Assembly: GCF_006345805.1 (NCBI RefSeq)
Contig: NC_043000.1
Span: forward strand, 76,818,001-76,882,000
DNA length: 64,000 nucleotides
Reading direction: 5' to 3'
DNA from: Octopus sinensis
Lineage: Eukaryota
Shown: one piece after another, positions 50,274-62,978 of the stretch
Layout: every line of letters starts with the position of its first letter
Position numbering within the stretch: position 1 is the first letter of the stretch
Translations under genes and position numbers: made by a program
The notes under the pieces: generated by a model
Told to the model about the DNA's origin: nothing
The model's input: only the letters and a program-made list of their open reading frames with translations
Databases searched by the model: none

Positions 50274-53171
50274 GTATTTATTTTATTGTTTTCTACCTTT
50301 TATTTAATGTATATGCATGTGTGTATATGTGTATGAATGTTTGTGTGTGTGTATAGAAATTTTCTTAGCCCCCTTCTGTTTATTATAGGACAGGACACCT
50401 CTTGTTCTGCTTCTATGATAAAATGCACCCAGTATATCATGTAAAGCTGTTGGTGATGGGAAGAGCTTCACACTATAGGAACTATGACAAACCTAATGTC
50501 TGAGTCAAACAAGTTCCTCTGAACCATCTAGGAGGTCAATAACTCTGAAATAGAACTAAATAAGACTGTGACAATTTGTCTAACCCATTCCAGTATGGAA
50601 AACAGATATAAAAAAGGATGTTGACCCCCCCCCCCTCTCATGCACACACACACACACACAACGCACATGCATGCTTTACATCCATAATATCCTAAGCAAG
50701 TTTGTGTCTGTCAGAACACTTGTTTTTCCAGCTGGGTTTACCTGTATATATCAAACTATTTAACAGTCAAGTGGCTGTGGAAATGGTTATGTGTATCTTT
50801 TAATTGAATGTCAATATGTGAATAATTTTGTCGTTTCATTATTTTTTAAAAAATTATTCTGTTAGGATCTATTTAATCCCAACTTTTGAGCTAGTTAGTC
50901 ATAAAGTGGACATTTAAAGTCACAGAGGGGATGCATTTAAGGCATGAAGCAGGCAGAGATTTTCAGGACATAAAGTGGACTGGAGATCATAAAGTAGAGA
51001 TGGAGTTGTCAGAAGGGTAACAATTTTAAAAGCCTAATGTGAAGATTTTATCTGAGTTAATTCTAGGTTTATTGTGTCCTAAAACAGTTTGAAAAACATT
51101 TGAGATGTAAAGAAAAAATACATTGTCCATTTGTTTCTTTATTGTTGTGAAAACATATTGAGCTTATGGGAACTTGGCAAGTTTTTCACTCATAAATTAA
51201 ATACAAGTGGAACAATGTAATGACTTAGAGAAGTAAATCTCTGTTTATTGTTGTTCTTTTATTACAATCTTTTAAAGATTTTTATATTCATTTCTTTTGA
51301 AAGCCATATTAACATCTGGCAATATTTTCAGTAACAATCATACAATTCTCAGCTTGATTAGGTTAAGTGTCAATACATTAGACTCTTTTAGCCTCAGATT
51401 GAGTGGATCTTGTAACTTATTGTATTTAATGATTTCACTTTTATGAATTGTACCCAAATCAAATCACCTGTCAGAGCCCAATTCCTTCAAATCACTCCCA
51501 TGTTAAGTTTTGATCTTAGCACTGCCAGTTAACAAAACATTTATTAATAATTGAATGTTGCTACTATTAGTGGTTTTTTGTAGAGTTGGCTGATTGAAGA
51601 TGTAAATAGCTTGGAATTTTATATTCTAATTTTGACTTACACTTTTATGTTTCTGGGGTCAGTAAAAATAGGTATTGGAATCAATATAATTTACTGTTTC
51701 CCTGTTCAGTGGCCTTGATCTTACAAAAGAAACCATTGTTACAGTGTTACTCACACGGGTAACAACCTGGTGAACTGGGTCATTTGACAGTCAAGCTTCT
51801 TGGCCTTAGAAGTTGTGTAGGACAGATGACAAAGTATGAATACTGGATTGTCTTCATCTAGTAATTATCCCTCATGTAGAAATTATCCTATCAAACCAAC
51901 TAAAGTTTTGAACCAAACAGCAATTGGATTAATAATTTAATAATTATCACACCTATTAATTAAATATCTTATCTCACAAATTTTTATTCATTAGGTCAAT
52001 ATTTAAGTAAGTTATTTTTTACTACAGTTTAAAATAACTTACTTAGAGCTAGGTAAACTTAGCCATTGAGAGCTGTGTTGTCCTTGATCATAACAAACTC
52101 TTAGCCCATTTGTTGGTTGACCTATTGTCTACTTTGTTACCTCCAGTTACTGTGAAATTGGTACAAGCAAAGGCTTAACCAATAGGGGTAACTATTGTAA
52201 TGGGGAAGCACTCCAGTACTGTAACTATTCCAGTGGATTAACCACTCCGAAGAGGTAAGTACTCTACTAGATTGACTACTCCATTGACATAACAACCTCC
52301 TAATGTAAAGACCTATATCAATAAACAACTGATGACTTGGATATGTCCTGGCTGCACATTCAGAAATGAATCTAACTGTCCTCTTGGGCAAGCATGTGAT
52401 ATATCCTCTGTTGTTTATGAAGCACAGGTATCAGCTATTACAATGGCTAGACAGAGACCAAGCATTATATATGATTCATGGAAGGAAAATTTAAATCCAG
52501 AGACAACAATCATCTTTCAAACTTTAGGCACTTTGAGTAGAGACATGCAAGCCCTCTCAGCATTAATCTAGAAACTTAAAGACAAGAACAATCAAGTACA
52601 TTTCAAATGGAAGATCTTTCCAATTCACAATAACAAAACCTTATATTAATGGGTCAGAAAGATATTCCATATACTCACTTGAAAAAAAAAAAATCTTAAG
52701 ACCCTTCAGTGACTGTATAAATACCAGGAGCAAGATTTGTTCTTCATGTCTGCATTTTACAAAATACTTCTTAGTGGGAATTAGGGATAAACAACCATAC
52801 ACATCATAATACATTCCAGTATTGGTTTATGAAATTATTAGTATTTGTAAGACACAGGTTATATTTAGCATGCTGTTAATTATTTCATCTTGATTTTTCT
52901 CTGTGTTTTTCTAAATGTGTGTGCTCATTCAAACATGTCTATTATATCAAGTGCAGTTACCAAACTACCTTATTATTTTTACCAGCTTGATAGATGCTGG
53001 GATAAACTAATATTTCAGCCAGGAAACTCTGGGTAGCTGCATTTTACAAGGTTTATTGTGGTTGGTTATTATTATAATAAATAACTTTACTCTCTCAAAA
53101 CTGAGTGCTGTCTGTCTATCTATCTTTCTGTGTATACATGTGCACACACACACATATACATGCACAAACAT

Positions 53172-53899
53172 ATACATGCACATAGGGTGGGCCAAAGGGT
53201 TTGAATGTTTAATAACTTCTTTATTTTTTATTTTAAATTTACAATACCATAGTATCATATACAGTTCATACAGAAAATAATTAGTCTTTGTTTACTAGAG
53301 CCACTCGCAAGGCTGTGGTCGGCTTGATGCTATAAGTAGAAGACACTTGTTGAAGGTGTCACACCATGGGACTGAATCTGGAACCATGTGGTTGGGAAGT
53401 GAGCTTACACAGCCACAAATCTAACTGCATATTGCAATCTGTGGGCATAATCTGGTGGCTTCACTGTTGTACCAACTGGATTTTATACAGGAAAAGGTCC
53501 AAGGTTTTTAGAATGTGTCAGAGTGATGTCCAGGAGACTCCAGCCTGTTCAGGCTGCCTTCACATTGATGTGCTCAAGTCTTCTTTAAGACTCTCCATTA
53601 TATAACTGCATCATTCCTGGAATGTTGCTTACTGAACCCTGTACTTCAAAATGACTAGTCAAACATCTAATCATTAATTCACTTGAGGAATCCTTCACGT
53701 AATGGTAATGATATGCTCATTGAGTTAGAATTATTGATTCTTGGTTTTGATAGTAAAATTTGACAATTTGTGTTCACTGTTTGGTTGTGAACATTTTCAT
53801 GGTTAGTCTTCTTTATAAAATCTGTAAAAACATGAAAGAAAAATATTTTCAAAAATGAAGTTAAGTATTGTAACCCTTCATGACTTTTGGCCCACCCTG
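53172..53899 (-). mobile_element. Tc1/mariner-like remnant with SINE insertion
   Basis: TIRs AGGGTGGGCCAAA / TTTGGCCCACCCTG. Minus-strand remnant LFLYKIQLVQQ. SINE fragment at about 53290-53415. Confidence 0.65.
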
Positions 53900-54049
53900 A
53901 ATATATAATGTGTATATATATATATATATATATATGATTGACTGCTAATCCAAAAGTTTTTCTTTTTTCTTTCTCTGTTTATTTCCTCATGTTCCTTTCT
54001 GTTGAAGAGCGTAGGCTTGAAATGTAAAAAACTTTCTCACCTTCCTGTA

Positions 54050-54812
54050 CTGGCAATGACCTCGCTCGAATCTTTTTACATGTACCCACCGGCACAGGTG
54101 CCAGTGAAGCAACATTGGTAACGATCACGCTCGAATGGTGCCCTTTTACGTGCCATGTTGGCTGCTCTGGCAACGATCACGCTCAGATGGTGTTCTTGGC
54201 ACCCTACTAGCACAGGCATAAGTGCCAGTAAGGCGACGCTGGTAGCGATCATACTCGAAAAACCGCTGTGTCAACGATCACACTCGTATGGTGCTCTTTG
54301 CACCCCGCTAGCATGGACGCCAGTCATCGAAGTGAATTTGATTTTGATTTGATTTGATTTCACTTGCCTCATCAGGTCTTCGCAAGCAAAGTTTAGTGAC
54401 CAAAGAAGGAAAAGCTACGCATAAGCGGGCTGGTTATGCTCCTGGCATAGGCCACGGGTTATGGTTTCATCTGGCTTGCTGGGTCTTCTCGAGCACAGCA
54501 TATTTCCAAAGGTCTTGGTCGCTAGTCATTTCCTTGGTGAGGCCTAATGTTCAAAGGTCGTGCTTCACCACTTCATCCCAGGTCTTCCTGGGTCTACCTC
54601 TTCCACAGGTTCCCTCAACGACTAGGGTGTGGCACTTATTCACACAGCTATCCTCATCCATTCTCACCACATGACCATACCAGTGCAGTCGTCTCTCTTG
54701 CACACCACATCTAATGCTTCTTAGGTCCAACTTTTCTCTCAAGGTACTTGCACTCTGTTGAGTATGCACACTGACATTACACATCCATCGGATCATACTG
54801 GCTTCATTCCTT
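54050..54812 (-). mobile_element. RTE LINE 3' end
   Basis: Minus ORF MIRWMCNVSVH...RRLHWYGHVVRMDED...KTWDEVVKHDL plus 3' UTR. Confidence 0.9.
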
Positions 54813-54859
<47 letters not shown>

Positions 54860-55110
54860 TTGTTTTGCAAGATTCCTGATGTGAAATTGTGTGTTGAAAC
54901 ATATTGTTATATTTTAGGATGATCATTTTATTTTTGGGATTAAACAGAAAGGCAGGAAACATTTGGGATGGAGTCACTGAATAGGTCACAGGTGTGTGAC
55001 ACAATAAAGATTTCCAGTCAATGGACATAAGATAAAATAAGAACAATAATAAATGAGTGCATTTGTTTATTTGGCAGGAAAAAAAATGAACATCCTGAAA
55101 TATAACAATA

Positions 55111-55149
<39 letters not shown>

Positions 55150-55203
55150 AGAGTAAGAGAGAAGAGAGAAAGAGGGAAGAGAGAAAGAAGAAAGAGAGTA
55201 AGA

Positions 55204-55237
<34 letters not shown>

Positions 55238-55353
55238 TCTTACTCTACTCTCTTTCTTCTTTCTCTCTCCCTCTTTCTCTCTTCTCTCTTACTCTCTTTA
55301 TATATATATGTATGAGAGAAAGAGGGAAGAGAGAAAGAAGAAAGAGACTAAGA

Positions 55354-55393
<40 letters not shown>

Positions 55394-55499
55394 TCTTACT
55401 CTCTTTCTTCTTTCTCTCTTCCCTCTTTCTCTCTTCTCTCTTACTCTTTCACTCTCTCTTTCTCTCTTTTTCTCCTCTCTTACTATCTCTCCTCAAATA

Positions 55500-56168
55500 T
55501 CCACCTTCCCCCTTCATCGTCAACCCTCTCCCATAAGCCCACCCAACCCCTACACATCCCTACTCCACCTTCCCTATCCTTCCCTTCCCCCCATCATATC
55601 CCCTACACCCTCTCCCACATACCCCACCTCTACCCCCACCCTCAGCCTACACACAAACCCCACCTCTACCCCAACCCTCAGCTGAACCCACATCCCACCT
55701 GTGTTTCCCCACTCTTGCTTCCCCCACCTCCCAACAACATCACACCACACCACACTACACCATACAACATTACACAACACACCACCCACACACCAGTTCT
55801 GACCAATTCCCATCCCCACATTTTCACACCTACACATACATACATGCACACGTCCAGACCACCAGCCCTCTTTCACACGCACATATATACTCTCTTATAC
55901 ACACACGTGCCTTCGTGTTAGGGGCCATCTTTACTTGTTATCTCCCCTACTTCTTCACTCTCCTGTGTGACCCTTCTGTCCGGTAATCGCCATGATAGAT
56001 CGGTAGCCACTACACACATTTTTTTTCTCTCCTTGTTTTTTTCTGTGTCCCTTTCTGTAGCTTAGGCTCGAAACGTAAAAGACTTTTTCTATTCCTGAGC
56101 GTTATACTAATACATCTGTCTGTTTTGTACACCACCTGTCTTTGTCTTTTGTTTTTATCGTGAAGTTT

Positions 56169-56172
<4 letters not shown>
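55500..56172 (+). mobile_element. Penelope-like element 3' end / terminal repeat
   Basis: Same terminal sequence as 15990-16165 (reverse complement) and 53960-54045. Ends in (TA)n. Confidence 0.55.
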
Positions 56173-56243
<71 letters not shown>

Positions 56244-56592
56244 TGGTAAAAACGGTAAGATAACAAAAGAAAGAAAGAGACCTCAATATTATGTAAATAG
56301 AGGAAATTTATCTATAAAATAATGTTACAATTACTCAATAGTCAAGATAAAACTCTGAGTTTCAGATGCCGAAGTGGAAATCCACAACACCATCTCTTCG
56401 GTTATCTGGCCATCTGAAAAACGCTATGAAAAAATACCGTTATATAAAGGGAAATTATTGTGTTATAATTCTGCTACTTATATGAAATAAGATTAAAAGT
56501 TCATAGTAAACACGTAAACATGGCTAGTCATACGCTCACATCTGAAACTCACAGTTTTATCTTGACTATTGAGTAATTGTAATATATTATTT

Positions 56593-56638
<46 letters not shown>

Positions 56639-56994
56639 AAATTTAAATTAAGCAGAAAATGGAGAAATCTTGATCAACAACAATTGACTGCCATCGATTA
56701 TTATTTTTAATACAAAACTTTATCCCATTTAACAGCCATTTCTGCTACCAGCGTTCCACAGTGTTGCCAAAGAAAATTCTGAGAGTTTTGTATTAAAAAA
56801 TAATAATAATAGGTGTAGGAGTGGCTGTGTAGTAAGTAGCTTGGTTACCAACCACATGGTTCTGGGTTCAGTCCCACTGCGTGGCACCTTGGGCAAATGT
56901 CTTCTACTATAGCTTCATCCAACCAAAGCCTTGTGAGTGGATTTGGTAGACGGAAACTAAAAGAAGCCTGTCGTATATATATATATATATATAA

Positions 56995-59900
56995 TCTATA
57001 TATTTGCTACCCTGCATGTATCTGCATCGCTCATGACCATAATGTTAATGCTTATGCTTACAATGCTACTAACATCAGCTCCTACCACCGGTTGGGGCAA
57101 CGTCCTTAACATGCTTGAATGTTGTCAGGCTGGAAGAGAGGTAGAAAGAAAAAGAGAAAGGATGAAGCATGCCAAACAAACGAACATCACAACAACCCTC
57201 TTCTTTTCAGGTGCTGAATAGCATCCTCCCACCCCAAACCTCACCCCACATTCCCTTCCCAGTTTTCAGAGTTGGCACTGTCAATGTTGGCACAATGAAA
57301 GGTAGGTCTAGTGAGGTTGTGGAGATGCTTGAAAGGAGATGGTTTGATGTATGCTGCATACAAGAGGTAAGATGGAGAGGAGCTTCACAGGCAAGGCACA
57401 TAGGTACAAATTCTTCTGGCAAGGTAACATGGATGGTATAGGGGGTGTAGGCATTCTCCTCTCAGAGAAATGGGTGGATAAGGTTATAGAGGTTGTTAGG
57501 GTATGCGATAAAGTACTTAAGCTTAGGCTAGTAATGCAGAAAAGCACAGCTACTATCGTCTCCGCCTATGCCCCACATGCTGGGTTACCAAATGATCAGA
57601 AAGACCACTTTTATGACACCCTTCTACAGGCTACCTCAAAGATGAGTGGAAATGACCTCATCTTTGTGGCTGGAGACTTTAATGGGCATGTCGGGCGGGA
57701 AGCAGGTATCTTCACTGGGGTACATGGTGGCCATGGTATTGGCACTCGAAATGATGAGGGAACTAGGCTACTGGAATTCTGTGATGCATGTAACCTTTTA
57801 ATCTGCAACACTAACTTCAGGAATCCAGACAGCCACCTGATAACCTATCAATCAGGAGACAGGTAGCCAGATTGATTTCATCCTCACCAGACAGCAGGAC
57901 GCAGGATTGCTCTTAAATGCAAAGACCCTCCCGGGTGAAGAATGTACCCCGCAGCATAGGCTAGTCATTAGTGACTTTAGCCTCGAGGCCAGAAAGATAC
58001 CAAGAAGCAAACCAATCCCCAAAAGAAGGATTTGGAAGCTGAAGAACCCTTCACATGGTCAAAGATTTATGGACATCCTCATCAAAAAATTTGAGGAGAG
58101 GAAGGAGGAGCTACAGACATCGGACATAGAAGGTAGCTGGAAATTCCTAAGGGACAGCTTACTGAGCGCCACAGACCAAGTCTGTGGCTGGTGCAAAGTC
58201 CCTTCCAGACGTAGAGTTATGTGGTGGTGGAATAGTACAGTAGACAAGGCCATTAGGGCAAAGAAACAGGCCTGGAAAGCCTGGAAGGATGGGGGTAGCA
58301 GGGAACAGTACCAGGTAGCCAGAAGGGAGGCTAATGTCCAGAGATGTGAGGACCAAAGAACTGAGGTATTTTGGATTGCAAGAGAGTGTGTGAGAGAAAA
58401 GTGTGATGTCACAGGAGAGAAATGTGTTCGAATGGATGATGAGGCACATGCTTTTTGTGATTCTGAAAAGAAAGAGGCTTGGAGAAACCACTATGAAAGA
58501 CTGCTGAATGTGTAGAATGAGTGGGAGGAGGAGAGCCTGCCAAATGTTGACCCAGTAGAAGGACCAGCTATCCGTATAGATAGCTCCCTAGTAGTTAAGG
58601 CAATTAAGGGTATGAAGCCAGGAAAAGCCTCCGGCCCATCAGGAATCACTGCTGAGATGCTTAAAACATCTGGTGGTGTGGGCTGCGGCCTAGTCACCCA
58701 CATTGTAAACCAAGTAGTTCATGGAGTCATACCCAATGACTGGCATAGCAGCACCATAGTCAACTGCTACCAGGGTAAAGGTGATGCTCTAGATAGAAAT
58801 AACTACAGGGGTATCAAACTGCTGGATCAGGTAATGAAGGTCATGGAGAGGGTCATAGCCCAACTAATTAGGGAGAGAGTTAGCCTAGATGAGATGCAGT
58901 TTGGTTTTGTGCCGGGTAGAAGCACCACTGATGCCATATTCATGGTTCGACAACTGCAGGAGAAATACCTAGTCAAAGATAAACCCCTATACTTAGCTTT
59001 TGTGGACTTGGAGAAAGCCTTTGACAGGGTCCCCTGATCCCTTATCTGGTGGGTGATGCAGAAACTGGAGATTGACGAATGGTTAATAAGGGCTGTACAA
59101 GCCCTCTACAGAGAGGCTGTTAGTAAGGTTAAGATTGGCAATGAGTACAGTGAGGAATTCCGAGTAGAAGTTGGCGTCCACCAAGGCTTAGCCCTCAGTC
59201 CCCTTCTATTCATCATAGTTCTCCAGGCAATAACAGAGGAATTTAAGACGGGTTGTCCCTGGGAGCTCCTCTATGCTGATGACCTAGCCCTCGTAGCAGA
59301 ATCGCTACCGGAGCTAGAGAAAAAATTTTGTGTGTGGAAGCTAGGTTTAGAATCAAAAGGCCTTAGAGTCAATGTAGCAAAGACCAAAGTTCTAGTTAGT
59401 AGGAAGGCAAACTCACCACACACCCCTTCAAGTAGGTGGCCCTGCTTGATCTGTAGAAAAGATGTAGGTAGAAACTCCATAAGATGTACCCAGTGTAAAG
59501 CTATGGACACATAAGAGGTGCAGCAATATCAAGAAGATAGCTTACATGTGGGGCCGGTGCACAGGGGCAATAGACACCATTCATACTCAGAAAACAGATT
59601 CCATTACACTCCTTGGGGAGAAACTAGAAGTAGTTGATAGTTTCTGCTACCTAGGTGACCAAGTTAATAGCAGGGGTGGATGCTCAGAGAGCGTTACCAC
59701 TAGAATAAGAATAGCCTGTGCAAAGTTTAGGAAGCTTCTCCCCCTACTAGCGACAAAGGGTCTCTCGCTCAGAGTGAAAGGTAGATTGTATGATGCATGT
59801 TTGCGAACTGCCATGCTTCGTGGCAGTGAAACATAGGCTGTGACTGCGAAAGACATGCATAGGCTTCAAAGAAATGAAGCTAGCATGATCCGCTGGATGT

Positions 59901-60660
59901 GTAATGTCAGTGTCCATGCACGACAGAGTGTAAGCGTCCTGAGAGAAATGTTAGGCGTAAGAAGCATTGGATGCAGCGTGCAGGAGAGACGATTGCGTTG
60001 ATATAGTCATGTACTACGGATGGATGAGGAGAGATGTGTGAAGAAGTGCCACTCCCAAACTGTTGAAGGAATCCGGGGTAGGGGTAGACCCAGGAAGACA
60101 TGGGACGAGGTGGTCAAGCATGACCTTCGTACGTTGAGTCTCACAGAGGCTATGACGAAAGACCAAGACCTCTGGAGATATGCTGTGACTTCAAAGACCC
60201 GACAAATGAAGTGAGTTCATGTCTTGCAGGACGGCCTGCTGTGCCAACCTTGGATCATAGAGTGATCCGCTGTTCTTGAGGAGACCTGTTGAGTCAAGTA
60301 CATCAACATCAAAATAAAAATTCAAATGGAAATTGTAGTTAAGACACCCGTACTGGTGACACGTAAAAAGCACCGTCCAAACGTGGCAGATACTAGCGCT
60401 GCTTAACTGGCGTCCGTGTCGGTGACACGTAAAAGCACCAACCGATTGTGGCCGTTTGCCAGCCCGCTCTGGCCCCTGTGCCGGTGGCACGTAAAAAACA
60501 CCCACTACACTCACGGAGTGGTTGGCGTTAGGAAGGGCATCCAGCTGTAGAAACACTGCAAAATCAGACTAGAGCCTGGTGCAGCCTCCATGCTTGCCAG
60601 ATCCCGGTCGAACCATCCAACCGATGCTAGCATGGAAAACGGACGTTAAATGATGATGAT
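56995..60660 (+). mobile_element. Near full-length RTE-clade LINE, inactivated
   Basis: APE endonuclease (TVNVGTM...IQEVRW...VAGDFNGHVG), RT (QFGFVPGRST, LEKAFDRVP, LYADDL), Cys-rich finger after RT, 3' UTR and (GAT)n tail. Several stops and frameshifts. Confidence 0.95.
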
Positions 60661-61111
60661 GTGTGTGTGTGTGTATATGTTTGTGTGTCTGTGTTTGTCC
60701 CTCCCCCCCTCCCAACATCGCTTGACAACTGATGCTGGTGTGTTTACGTTCCCGTAACTTAGTGGTTCGGCAAAAGAGACTGATGGAATAAGTACTAGGC
60801 TTGCAAAGAATAAGTCCTGGGGTCGATTTGCTCAACTAAAGGCGGTGCTCCAGCATGGCCACAGTCACATGACTGAAACAAGTAAAAGAGTAAAGAGAGT
60901 TAATCGATGGTAGTCAATTGTTGTTGATTCTCCATTTTCTGCTTCATCTAAATTTGATTCCTGATAAACTCTTATTTATTTTTATTATTACCTGTATCCT
61001 ATGAGCATAATATGCTTGCATATGTATGCCCAGGGTTAACATCGGTAATTTATACTGGTAGTAAAATGGATATTCTTATCCCTTAGACAGTTATTTCAAC
61101 CACTATCTCTA

Positions 61112-61143
<32 letters not shown>

Positions 61144-61147
61144 TATA

Positions 61148-61946
61148 TACTAGCAGTATTGCCCGGCTCGTGCGTTCTATGCTTGCACGAATTAAGCTAA
61201 ACTTGGGTGAAGTTCAATCAAAATTCAATTATTTTGGTTTTAAAATCAAGCATTTAATGCCCTCTATTTTTGCGCTTATGTGTTCCATTTCCTCAATAGG
61301 AAGTACATAGAAGTGTTTCATAAATCTTTGTTGATCAAATAATTGCATTGTTGAATTATTCTTTTAGATCAGTATTTCTCATCGGGGATTTCAGGGGAGA
61401 GTTTCAGGGAGTTGCTGGCGATGTATCGTGATGATCAAAAATCTGGCCTGCTAAAATTTAGTTAAAGTGATTCAAACTGCAGACTCAACGCAAAATGGTC
61501 ACATTTAATTCAAAGCGTTAAAAATGTTATGAAAACAATTGGTATATGTTCACAAAGTCCAAACGATTAATACGAAAAAACCCTCCAGGCTACATCCTGA
61601 AAATTCATTTCTTTGCCGAATTTCTACAATGTTTACGGCGATTCGTTTTTATATCTTGATATTTTATTTTTCATGCAATTTTCGCATGCTTGCACGCGTG
61701 GTGAACACAGTCCACGTCAAACAGCTGACTGAGTAAAGTTCACTATTCAATGCATGGGATAAGGCCTAAACAAACACATTATCGATTTTTTCACTTGCGA
61801 GATGAATTTCGGAACAGAAATAGCGCAGTTCAATATTCATTCGCCTAAACTTTAAGTGGCCCATTTTTGGTGGTTCTACGATTTGTTGGCTAGGAGGAGA
61901 TGTGCCAGGAAGTTAAACGCACGAGTTGAGTTTTATATATATAGAT
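61148..61946 (+). mobile_element. Non-autonomous Helitron/Helentron-like element
   Basis: Starts (TA)n-TACTAGCAGTATTGCCCGGC and ends GAGTTTTATATATATAGAT, terminal signatures of DINE/HINE-like elements. No ORF. Confidence 0.55.
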
Positions 61947-62034
61947 ATATTTTGGCAGTTTGAACAATACTATAAGGAAGTTCTGTAGCATAACATTTTG
62001 TCAATTGAATATTGTTATATTTTTGTCATTTTAG

Positions 62035-62119
62035 GTTGTTTGTGGTCAAGACCACACATTCTTTTTGACACAGTCTGGAGAGGTATACAGCTGTGGCTTA
62101 AGCTCAGATGGACAGACAG
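62035..62119 (+). CDS. RCC1L: RCC1L coding exon 7
   Basis: ttttag|...|GTAACT, 85 nt. VVCGQDHTFFLTQSGEVYSCGLSSDGQTG matches human VACGQDHSLFLTDKGEVYSCGWGADGQTG. Confidence 0.95.
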
Positions 62120-62867
62120 GTAACTATACAGGATATTTACATTTATATAAATTATTTATATGATTTATGTTTTTCAGATCTATCTTTGTATATAAACACA
62201 ATATATTCATAAAGTACAGATGTATGGAAGATATGATGTAGCTAAATTTAAGGTAAAGTAAATAAAAAAGATGACACATCAGGAGGTGGGAAAGAGACCT
62301 GTGTACATTGTGAACCCATGATAGAAAATATCTGTGTTTTCTCCCTGTTATGTTAGCAACAGGTAAAACTTGTCTAATTTATAGTTGAGTGGTTAGCAAT
62401 AGGTGGATAAACCAGATGTTTTGGCAGTCATCCAGGCTATGTAGGTCATCTGTATCTCATATTGTTCCATCCATCCACATTTGGTCATTTGTATCCCACA
62501 CTCTTCTATCTACCTACTGCAAGGAATCTCTATACCATCCAATCACTATAGACCATCACTACTCTACGTCTTTATATTCTGACATACATATTCCTCAGTG
62601 AATGCTGTAATCAAACATTTGATATACTCACAATTCAAACACAAAACACCACCATGGTAATTAATATCAAACACATATAGTCACCACTACCACCACCATT
62701 ATTACACATATACAGTTATCATAATTTTAGTTATCAGTACCTTACAGTTACAATAAAACCCACAATTATCATCACAAATACTTTAGCTTATAACTGCTGG
62801 AAGTACCACTGCTAACACTATAGACATATGTTTTAGAAATCTCTTGTCTGTTTCTGTTTGTCTTTAG

Positions 62868-62978
62868 GTTTGGGTCATTACAAGAATGTGTCACAAGCAA
62901 CACAAGTGAAAGGTGATATTGAAGGTGTCAACATCAAACAGATAGCATGTTCTGGAGATTGTGTCCTAGCTTTATCAG
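62868..62978 (+). CDS. RCC1L: RCC1L coding exon 8
   Basis: tctttag|...|GTAGGT, 111 nt. GLGHYKNVSQATQVKGDIEGVNIKQIACSGDCVLALS matches human GLGHY...GDLAGVNVIQVATYGDCCLAVS. Confidence 0.95.
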
